Assembly (NCBI GenBank): GCA_025201805.1
Contig: MU619350.1
Coordinates: forward strand, 35,704 to 99,703
Direction: 5' to 3'
DNA: 64,000 bases
From: Parasitella parasitica NRRL 2501
Taxonomy: Eukaryota; Fungi; Mucoromycota
The notes beneath the pieces are model-generated. The model saw only the letters and a list, made by a program, of their open reading frames with translations. It made no database searches and was not told where the DNA came from. A program made the position numbers and the translations under genes. Below, piece by piece: positions 53,559-64,000 of the stretch (position 1 is its first letter; each line of letters begins with the position of its first letter).

Positions 53559-54702
53559 TTATTTGTTGTAAAAGTTATTACGTTTCAGCTCCATGGCTGT
53601 CTTGTAAGGTGCTGTGATGGGCGGTTGTAATGGATCGAGTGATTTATAAGAAGATAATAAAGGATAAGTTCTATCGGCATCGTAACCACTAAAACTGTGG
53701 TGTTAGAAACATCAATGCAAATATCAAAGAAAGACTTACTTGAGATCGCCACATGCAATAAACGGTACAATAGTCCTATTAGGGCCGGTCAATTCATTCA
53801 TGCTGTCATACTGTAAATCCAATAAAGGATTTGCCATGGTTGGCGTATAATCGGCAGGGGGTTGGTAGTTTTGACACACGACAAATGCTTCAATACTTGA
53901 GTTACGAGAACTTCTAGGCTTACTGCAAGTGACAGTAGGGAAAAATATCTTGAGTTGGCTGTACAGTAAAGTAATGTCTTTGCCTCTAAAGATCTTTGCT
54001 ACAAAAGTTCCTCCAGGACGGAGTACATGTGTAGTAATATTGAGTGCCTATATGATCCTGCCATAAGAAACTCTGAATTGCATGCATTACGTAAACTTAC
54101 AGCAAGTAGCAATTGTGCTTGGATATACTCATCCATATCGTGAAGCCCAGTAACTAAGCAACACCACAGTCAGTAAGATGAGCAAAAAAAAAAAAAAATT
54201 CAACAATTCGTTCCTCACCATCAGGCGCACCATCACAAATGACAATATCCGCCATACCGCCATCGAAATATGAAATGATCTTTTCCGCAGTAGACTTTTT
54301 TGTGATATCGCCTTGAAGTTGAATAACGCCATCCAAAGGTGCCATAGCTTGCAAATCAACAGCGACGATCTTGGGCTCGGGTTCCTCTGGTGTTTGCTTG
54401 TGATTTTCGCTTACAAAATCATGTTAGACAAAAGCAAAAATACTGTCAATTACTTGTACCTTAGACGCTTTGAAAGTACTTGGGACCAACTTCCTGGCGC
54501 AGCACAAAGATCTACTGCTCTTTGAACGCCTTGTAAGAAATTGAATTCTTCGTCTAATTGCAATAGTTTGAAGGCACTTCTTGCACGCCAACCTTCTTCT
54601 TTAGCGAGACGATAATACTGGCAATGACATTAGCTATCTATGTACAATAATGCAATACGCAATACATACAACATCTCTTTTGTCTTTAGATGATCTACCC
54701 AT
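53559..54702 (-). CDS. TRM7: tRNA (C32/G34) 2'-O-methyltransferase
   Basis: [11 protein letters not shown]|[22 protein letters not shown]...[14 protein letters not shown]; CDGAPD; [11 protein letters not shown]; [16 protein letters not shown]. Confidence 0.95.
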
Positions 54703-54840
54703 ATTATTTCGAGATGATTACTAGCAAAGCTTCCATGATTTAGAAAAAAGATTAAATAAACTGAACATTAGGAAAAGTAGTCATAGTAAAGAGACACATT
54801 CGAACGATATTGATCAAGCTTCTTTTTATTTACAAAGGTG

Positions 54841-55321
54841 TTATAAGTCTTCTTTTTCAGGAGGAGGGCCACAAGGTTGAAGCATTTTCTACAGCATCAA
54901 TTATGAATATAATATGCAAGATCATTATTATAGGACCAACCTCTAATAACTTGAATTGAACACGGGCTTTGCACTCATTTTGCGCAACAGAAATGTATGA
55001 AAGCATAGAATTATGGCCTACGAATGAAGCAAGAGAGTCTCTGTATTGATTTGTAGCCCATTCACTAACACACATTAGATAACTCTATCTGTTGATGTTT
55101 CCCAATATACTTACTATTTTACAGTATCCGCATGCCCAGTGCCAACATACTTTGATTGTACTAGAATAAAACAAAAAAAAAAAAAAGATGAGTCCATGAT
55201 ATCATGAGTCCTTTCTATATTTACAATGCTCAATTTGACTATTGATGTTGAGACGATCCTATAATACCTTTTATATTAGTGACTAATTTTCTCTCAATTA
55301 TCACACACGTATACTTACCAT
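54841..55321 (-). CDS. SF3B5: Splicing factor 3B subunit 5 (SF3b10)
   Basis: Five small exons: M|DRLNINSQIEH|LQSKYVGTGHADTVK|EWATNQYRDSLASFVGH...NECKARVQFKLLE|KMLQPCGPPPEKEDL*. Confidence 0.93.
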
Positions 55322-55972
55322 TGTCTAAAAGTATGTAAAGGGAGACGAATGAACAAGAAAAGCACAAGTGACTCCATAAATACCTACAACTTGGCCAAAA
55401 ACCTATTTAGACACCGAAACATCTTATTACAAGTATCTACCTATTTATCAAACTAGTTTGAGCGTCTGGCGTAGCCTAGATGGAAGGCTACAAGTCATTC
55501 AAAGTGTTGATCTATGCCATTTTTGCTGGGCGCATCACAAAATGACATAATTTGCCACTGAAAATTTAATGCAAAAAGATATGGCATGCCAAGTATTGTT
55601 TTGAATCTGATTCCAGAAATCAATCATTTCATGGAGATGGTGCAGACAGAGTCTTCCAAGTAGCGGACAAAGGACAACGATGAACAGTTGTAGACGTCGT
55701 TTAGAGCTCTCTCAGATACATATCTTAATCATTTATACGATTTTTATGCTTGTTTAACAGTTAAAGATGAAAACTATCAATAAATATATACCATAATTGC
55801 AATTTGGTTTTTGCTATAAAGAGGAAAGGCCACAAGATATTTGGTGGACTGAAAGCTCAAATGTCGCCCCACCATGGCTTTGATACTATTCTCATGTTGC
55901 GCATCATTCAAAAAAAAAAGAAAAAGAAAAAGAAAAAAAACAGTTTATTGAATGATATGTTAACAAATACTA

Positions 55973-58961
55973 CTACTTCATTACATGACCTGCACTTCTT
56001 TGCACATTCGCAGATTCGGATATAAGCGACCCTTCCCAAGAAATTTGCTGGTCATCAGCCAGATACAACTGACTCATACCGGATGAGGGATCAAACGGAA
56101 GATGCGCCTGTAGATTGGGAGGGGTGGGGTTGACAGCAACAGCAGCGATAGCAGCAGCAACTGCAGGCGTGTTAGGGTCCATCATGATGGCATCTTCATC
56201 TCTCGATTGTGTTGCCATCATGTTAATACCTGCAGCCATGCTATTGTAATTTGCCTGTTTACCATTTGCGATCGCCATTTTGTTTTGCATTGCTATGATG
56301 GGCTCTGTAATGTTGCGAGAGTAATATTCTTCTTGTGAATGTGGATGTTGTGGCTGTTGATATGGAGGCGAAATCGAAAATGTATGGCGACGCATTCTGT
56401 TGCCATTTCCAACACTATCACTGCCTCCTTCTCCATGACCTGAAGACGACGGTACTACAATGTCTGCAGGATTGTGACTTACAGGGGAAAGATACTTGGA
56501 CGACAACATCATGTTTGCTTGGTTGCTAGAATACATGGATGCATCAAAACTGCTTTTATTGTTGGTATAATAGATTGAAGATTGGGCCTGAGACGAAGGA
56601 GTAAGTTGTATCTGCGGTTGTTGAGGCGATGATTGCTGTGATGACGATTGATGTACTTGCTGATTCCAACTGGAGATAGGCTGTTGATATGATTGAGGTG
56701 ATACATCGTCTGTGGATTGCCATTGGTGTGATTTCGATAGCTGGTAGTTGTATTTTTGATGTTGAGGATTTGTGTATTCTTGTTGAACTATCAGAGAAGC
56801 CAATTGAGAAGGATCTGTAATAGAGGCACTCGACTGATATAAAGCAGCCGATTCATTCACTGAAATTGGAACTGAAGACAAAGTATTTCTTCGCATTTTG
56901 GATTTTTCTGGTTGTATATACATGTTGATTTGTTGCTGTGGTTGAGGCTGAGGGTGTTTTAGATGATGTACAGGAGAACAGATGCGTTTCTCCGGTACTG
57001 TTGCTAGTTGGTGGTTGTAATATTTTGAGAATTCTGCAGAGGGCGATTGACTAGATAGCTTTTGAATGATATCCACAGATAACATGTACTGTAACCGGGC
57101 AGATTCTCGCAGAGATTTGTCGTCAGCATGTCTCAACTCATACTCGTGAATAGTAGAAGCCATGGCCAGACAATGAATGGTATGCTGAACACCTCTTGAA
57201 GGGTAGCTAAACGTATACTTTGGATAGTTTTCTAATAACACCTCTGCTATGCCAGTTATGTTGGATGCAGACGTTGCACACAGTTTTCTGTGCGGATAAC
57301 TGACAAATCTGTGTTCAGTTTCGAGTGGTGGATGCTTCCAATAGATTCTATGCAGCAGTATAACACTGAAATGATATGTCATGTGTAAGAATCCAATAAA
57401 AGGATCGCCTACAGATTGCTTCTCTGCGGGATAATTCTCTAAATCTTGTGTTGGAGGATACATCAGTGAAGGAGGCACCTCGTATAGAAAGTTCTCCAGA
57501 TGAGTATGTAGTGAGAATAGTCTTGCTTGTTCTTCGATGATTTGGTCATTGGTTCTGGCATCACCTTGGTCTTGCTGTCTTGCAAAGATTCTACGAGACA
57601 TGGCGTAGATGTCAGAGAGAACCTTTCCCAACTGTATAAGGATGTTTTGATTGGTGATCAACTCCTCCAATGCCGGGCCTTCCTCACCTGTCACCAAAGG
57701 AAACCCTGTGGTACATTTATGCACGTCAAAATAAGTAGCATGTCCCTGTTCAATACTCATTAAAAGATCATACATAAAGGTAACCCAGAAAGTTCTTCTT
57801 TTTGCTTCAATATCATATGAGTCACCATCCAATTGATTCAGTCCTAGGTCACAGCACATTTGCGTTGCCATGCGCAAATATGTGTACGATCGATGAAAAT
57901 ATCCCGGCCGCTGGTAGTATTCTTGATATTTGACTAGCAAGATAAGGGCTTGCACAGTGGCAATTCGAGGAGAGTCGACGAAATCATCAAGCAACTCAAA
58001 TGCTTTTTGATAAAAGGTATATCCCGGGGGTATCGTAACATTTGCAATTGCGATATGATCTGGAGACCATCTTGAAGCGATAGCACACATGGCGTATAGA
58101 AGCAATCGTGAAGGAGGGTTTGTCGAGCTATGCATTTGCTTCAAAAATGAGGGTTTGTGTATCATGGGTACGTATTTATGAACATGATCGAAATACACCT
58201 CAGTCAATGGCTGTAATTCCAAAAGCAAGTTTCGAGAGGATAAATTTTCTGGAATTGGTAATTCGGCAAAAGTTGTGATGACTGATTGATCAGATACAGA
58301 GGCAATTTCGGATAGGGTATCGTTACTATGATCTTGCTGCTGCTGCTGTTGCTGTTGTTGCTGTTGTTGTTGTTGTTGTTGTTGCCGTGCATTGGGTATA
58401 CGATCTATTCGTTCTTTCAAATCATTTACATAAACAGCTTGACCAATTTCATTGATAGTAAATCGATCGATGTTGGCCAAGGTCATGTCAGAAGTATAAG
58501 GAGCTGAGTAAGAAACAGTGTTTGATACTATAGCATTTCAATATTAGTACTTTTTATTTCGATTAACCAGTAATGCCTACCATTTAGAAATATTGATGCC
58601 TGTTCAGGATTCTGTTCTTCGAGCATTTTCCTTGTTGGATTTGACATTGATTTGAGTGCCTTTTCAACGCGTTGGAGTCTGTTTTCTAGGTTTTCCATGT
58701 ATTGTTTTGGAGGACCTCGTTTTGGTGGCAATTTTGCAAATACGCATTCTGCATTTGATTTTCTACATCGACCACAGGGCTGTACTCCATCACATTTTAC
58801 CTGCGGGAATATTCAGTATCAACAAATACAATCAGAAAATTTTTTTTTTTTTACTTTTTTACCTTTCGTTTTCGACATTCATCGCATGCACGACTAATTT
58901 TTATACGCTTGCTCCCACTCAAAGATTTTGTTCTCAGGGAGAATAAACCGCCACCCTCCAT
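55973..58961 (-). CDS. Zn(II)2Cys6 transcription factor with fungal TF middle-homology region
   Basis: ACDECRKRK|VKCDGVQPCGRCRKSNAEC...PPKRGPPK; YFDHVHKYVPMIHKPSF; KRRTFW; Q-rich segments. Confidence 0.92.
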
Positions 58962-59317
58962 GTGTCTTTTGAAAATTGACAGATTAGATATGTTCTTTAA
59001 GCAACAATATGCGGTTTCAAATTGGTATTTTTATCAGTTGCTATATAATATGAAGATGTATTATAGCGATAAATAGGGTATACAAAACAGATTTTTTTAC
59101 TAGACAAAAAAAAAAAAAAAAGATCACTGCTTGGAATCAACCAAAAATAAAGGAAAGGGGAATAGCGAGAACGAAAGAAAAAAGAAAGAGAAACAAACTG
59201 TGGGTGAAATAAATTGGTCAAATCTAATAATCCAACAAAGAAGGCTGGGTTCATATTGACGAAAGTTGTATATTGTGATACATCTCGCAGCGTTTTTATT
59301 TAATAGTATTATCTCAA

Positions 59318-60805
59318 CTAATCCTGTCTACTTTGAGGTTTAATTTCTACACCTGCGCTGGAAGCAATTGCTCGCATAACATCTGTAATTGATACAACTC
59401 CAATAGCTCTCTCTCTATCATCAATGACCCATACACGATGAGATTTTGTTGCTAGTAATTTAGCTATAGTAAATCCAAAGGTAGTGTCCAAGCGGACATC
59501 GAACACAGGTAATCGGTCCTATGTAGAAGTTATTCGTACAAGTTCTGAGAAAAATCACTGGCCTTCAAACCATACCTGTCCGTCGTCGATGCCTTGTTGA
59601 GTACGCACCAGACTTACAAATTGGAAGCAGGTTTTCCATAATAATTGATGTCTATAACTCTTCATAACATGCTACATGAAAGATTTGTAGGAGATTAGTA
59701 TCAATGTAACTGAGACATGCTCGCTATGTAAGTGTGATTCAGATTAATTTTTACCTTGACATCTGTCATACTGATGTTACCGAGCACTACTCCCATATGC
59801 CCTAAAACAGCTACAGAAGATATACCATGCTTACCTAAAGATGCGTTACGAATAAATCATTTGTAAAAGTGTATATGTTATTACTCATTAATGCGAGGGC
59901 ATCAAGAACAGGAGAATCTGCGTTGACTGCAATTACATCAGATACACCAAGCCCTAATTGACGCAACTGGGCAGAGTTCAGTGACATTCAAGTTTTATAT
60001 CAAGAAAAAACTCACCGTTTTATTCATCATACATTCAATGTCAGGGAAATGTCGTTGATTATCAAAAATATATCTTGCGACCGTAGATTGAGACAAAATA
60101 CCCTAATGTCAAACATCAATTACTACGCATCGCTTAGATCTATGATTTTTTACCTTGATGCTACCATCAGGATTCAATACACAAACTATCAACAAGTTAA
60201 ACGTATGTCGTCACTGTAAACTTTAATAAAAATAACTTACCTCTATGAGTTCCATAGGCAAATTCTTCAACGGCTGATAGTAATGTAGCTTCGGGCATGA
60301 TAGAATAGAATGGATTCTTTTGCGAGAGATCTACATACACATCAAAATAAGCATTACTACACAAAATTTATGCAAACCCACCAAACTTTACCGCTAGCTA
60401 ACTTAACGGGAACATCTTCTCCTTCGGAAGCACGACGAAGAATGTCCTTAATCTCAAATGTCAAGTTTTCTCTTGCTTGACTGTCCAACTCTTCCTCTTC
60501 ATCGCCAGGCGGTGGCATATTTTGGAGAATCAGTAAAATATAGGCAATGACATCTCCATAATCAAACATGCCAACGTAGGAGCGAGGATGCACAATCGAT
60601 GTGTCTGAAACTTCCTTTGCTTGGGCATCATATACAGGTGCAGAGGTTATGTTGTTGTTGATCAAGACATTGCAGGCCTCTTCAACAGGTAATGAAGCCT
60701 CGCTATCATCCATATCAGCTCTCCTGTTATCTAACGCGTTACACCGGCTAGTACTTACATTGCAATGACCTCTTGATCTTTTATTAGTGTAAATGCTTTT
60801 ACCAT
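59318..60805 (-). CDS. CBS-domain protein, Sds23/Sds24-like
   Basis: MVKAFTLIKDQEVIAI|EASLPVEEACNVLINNNITSAPVY; YVGMFDYGDV; DLSQKNPF; GILSQS; FTIAKLLATKSHRVWV. Many introns. Confidence 0.85.
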
Positions 60806-61199
60806 GGTCCAATCGTTTGGAGTTGTTGTAATGCCCTCCCTGTGTGCCATTTTGTTTTAGATTTAGTTGAAAAAAAGAAAAGAAAAAAAATTCAATTGAA
60901 AATGTTCTCATTTCTACCATATGGAGCCATGTATTTTAGCCAATCATATGATTTTGTTTGTCGATGTAGTGTTTGGTTTCATCATGTTGACACAGACAGA
61001 GAGAATACCGTCGATTTCATAGTCTACTCCTTGCATGGTATTATATACACATAATCATGTAACATATTGGCATTATGCATATATTTTTTATATTAAGAAA
61101 GTTTTCAGATTAGGCATGTTATATTAGCTTTACTTAGTTTGATTACTAAGCTGAATGTAGATGATCATCTTGTTTCCGAACCTAACAAAAGTTGACATA

Positions 61200-61805
61200 C
61201 ACTATTTTCAGAAATTATTCGCACAAGCTGAGGAAAAAATTGCTCATATTTTATTTTACTTTCTGCACGCTTTTTATTTTATTTTTTGCACACTTTTAAA
61301 AATAATATTTGCACACTTGTAAGAGTAGTTTTTGCACACTCACGAATTTGGCTTTTTGCACACTGTGTGCAAATTAAATTATAGAGGTTCTTTATTGAAG
61401 CAGGTCTCAAATTTTGAAGCAGAATAGCGACAGAATCCTTCCAAGTCGCTAAAGAGAACATTATGACAAGCTTCAGCGATTCTCATATTAAGAGTTTCGC
61501 TCTGCNNNNNNNNNNNNNNNNNNNNNNNNNNNNNNNNNNNNNNNNNNNNNNNNNNNNNNNNNNNNNNNNNNNNNNNNNNNNNNNNNNNNNNNNNNNNNNN
61601 NNNNNNNNNNNNNNNNNNNNNNNNNNNNNNNNNNNNNNNNNNNNNNNNNNNNNNNNNNNNNNNNNNNNNNNNNNNNNNNNNNNNNNNNNNNNNNNNNNNN
61701 NNNNNNNNNNAGTGTGCAAAAAATAAAATAAAAAGCGTGCAGAAAGTAAAATAAAATATGAGCAATTTTTTCCTCAGCTTGTGCGAATAATTTCTGAAAA
61801 TAGTG
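61200..61805. mobile_element. Non-autonomous DNA transposon with CACTA...TAGTG termini and perfect TIRs of at least 95 bp
   Basis: 61200-61294 is the exact reverse complement of 61711-61805. Subterminal TTTGCACACT repeats at 61285, 61308, 61331 and 61355. The interior contains an N gap. Confidence 0.85.
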
Positions 61806-61935
61806 AAGCTCACTTTCAATATACTTTTAGATATGGTAATACCATGAGTATTCACAACATTTTGTGTGACGTATTAGCGGTCCAAGCACATTGCTTCAAA
61901 CGATTTTTTTTTCTTCACATCTTCATAAACAAAAC

Positions 61936-63205
61936 ATGGCAGGCGCTTTTGACATTTGCAGAAATACATTTTTACGGCATATTATGCCATGCTCTCGTCC
62001 ATCTATACGTCTTTGTCCTCAATTCGCACTGAAGCATGCCAAAAACTACACAACACCCTCGCGTTTTCCGCCTAGTAAATATAGATTACCTACACAAATG
62101 GTAGATGGATATACTCGATTTGAGCACAACAAAAGGATTCCATTCTACATGTCTAAAAGAGTTTGGGTATTTGTTGGCACTGCAACTGTTATTTATGGAG
62201 GATATTACGTCTCTCATTTGGAAAAAGTGCCCATCAGCGGTAGAATTCGATTCATCAACGTCACTCCTCAGCAAGAAGAAGGTAGATATCAACAGTAATG
62301 CATAGTTAAATGGTATTAATAATAAGTATACGAAAAAAGCTATGGCTATAGAAGCATACAAGGAAGTAATGCAGCAATTTGGTAGACGTATTTTGCCCGC
62401 CAATCATCCTTACAGTATATTTGTAAAACGAGTTGCTCAACGTCTTGTTCGTGTATCAGGCATGGAAAACATGAAATGGGAATTTTATGTTGTCGATTCA
62501 CCGGAAAGAAAGTAAATTCTTGTTACAAATTATACCAACACAAATGACTAATGAGACATCTATAAAGTGCTTTTGTATTGCCTGGTGGCAAGGTCTTTGT
62601 GTTTACAGGAATTTTACCTATTGTGGAAAACGAAGGTCAGTGTACAAAGTTGAATACGCTCAAAAATATTTCTAATATATTAATTATAGACGGCATGGCT
62701 GCTGTACTTGGCCACGAAATTTCCCATCAACTGGCCAGACACAGCGCTGAAAAGCTAAGTTTCGCCAAACTCTTAGTAGCTCTGTACTATTCCCTTATAT
62801 TTTTTGGCATTGACGGATCACTTGTATTTAATCATTTTTCCTTAAACTTTTTAATGATGAAGCCGTTTTCAAGAAAATGTGAAACTGAAGCAGATGACAT
62901 TGGTTTGCAACTAATGGCATTAGCTTGTTTTGATCCACGAGAAGCTATCAATGTCTGGAAAAGAATGGAGGCCATTGGTGAAGTGGATATTCCTCAATTT
63001 GTCAGTACGCATCCTAGCCATAAAAATCGCATTCAGTTTCTCACTAAAGAAGTAATATTGATTAAAATTGATTATTGTTATTCTATAATATTAATGTTTT
63101 TTCATTTAGTTGCCTGCCGCCATGAAAACACGTGCAAAAAGTGATTGCTCTAGTGAGATGCGCTCATTTGCGGATCAATTCAATGACACTTGGGTTCGTT
63201 GGTAG
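61936..63205 (+). CDS. OMA1: Mitochondrial metalloprotease OMA1 (peptidase M48)
   Basis: HLEKVPISGRIRFI; AFVLPGGKVFVFTGILPI; AAVLGHEISH; PFSRKCETEADDIGL; FVSTHPSH. Confidence 0.93.
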
Positions 63206-63721
63206 ATGTAATCAAAACTTCAATAAAATATATAATTATTGGCCTCGATTTTTTTTTTTTATATTGAGTGAAGGGGCTCTTATTTTTCGTAAAACAAACT
63301 AAGATAACACTGTTTTGTCTGTCCGATACAAAAAAGATAAAAACCAAAGGTTAACGAGATACGAAAACCTTAAAAAGATACTTTATATAAGATCGAAATT
63401 GCATCTGCTATTCATGCCTTTTACAACTACATAAATTGATGGGGATTTGCTTAGATTACTAATTGGCATAGCTAGCTAATACACAGTGACAATCTACTTG
63501 ACTGGGTACATTGTAAGGTTATACACGTCTTCGATTTGAGAGTGCCTTAACTTTTATCATGGTGCTCAGATCTGTTTTACTTGCAGGAATAACCTTCTTG
63601 ATTTAAAGCAGAGATTTTATTCTCTAGTTTACACAAGCGTATCACATCAAATCATTGCACAATCTTCAATATTCAATTGAAGTACATCGCCACAATATCC
63701 TATCTATAATTATAGCAGATC

Positions 63722-63885
63722 TGATTTATCAGAATGAGAAATTATTCAAAGAAAACAGTTGTGAATTAATCAGGTAAAGATCTCGTTTATTACATGGAAA
63801 AAATGATGGTTTCTATACAAGTGAATCTAAGTGGACTGAAGGGAGGATAAGATACAAGTGTGAGACATGGTGTGATTTAGAGAAT
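63722..63885 (+). repeat. Dispersed repeat homologous (inverted) to 34059-34152
   Basis: 30-bp exact match AAGTGTGAGACATGGTGTGATTTAGAGAAT (63856-63885; rc at 34059-34088) plus a 15-bp exact match TGATTTATCAGAATG (63722-63736; rc at 34138-34152), in collinear order. Confidence 0.85.
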
Positions 63886-64000
63886 AGAACGATAGATTGT
63901 GTCTTTTGTCCATGAACATTGTTGTATCCATATAAAGGCTACATATGTCATATCTAACTTAGTCATAACGCACGGATCATGATATTAATTGTTGGTAATT

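Overview
Eukaryotic, gene-dense fungal DNA, most likely Mucorales (Mucor-like). This is inferred from short 50-80 nt GT-AG introns, AT-rich intergenic DNA with long A/T homopolymers, and the TE remnants present. About 26 intron-containing protein genes can be modelled by hand: a CSL transcription factor (runs off the left edge), ARPC4, a secreted Ser/Ala-rich multi-KR precursor, a Cys-less peroxiredoxin-fold protein, UBA2, LETM1/MDM38, a Prx5-type peroxiredoxin, MPP6, SEC8, a full-length Dicer, COX5A/COX6, m-AAA protease, NTE1, a C2H2 protein, TMEM135, CAF16, MRPS5, NDUFS8, mL57, SMARCC/RSC8, TRM7, SF3B5, a Zn2Cys6 TF, an SDS23-like CBS protein and OMA1. There are also degenerate LINE, MULE/SWIM and resolvase-like fragments, and a CACTA-ended element with perfect TIRs. 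The best novelty candidates are: (1) a Kex2-processed, (SA)n silk-like precursor whose first released peptide starts with an aurein-like amphipathic helix; (2) its convergent neighbour, a peroxiredoxin lacking the catalytic Cys; (3) a resolvase-like ORF fragment beside three motifs with exact 20-bp phasing; (4) a structured GC-rich element in the MRPS5/NDUFS8 bidirectional promoter. All family calls come from motif recognition, not database searches. Coordinates are hand-derived and may be off by a few bases.
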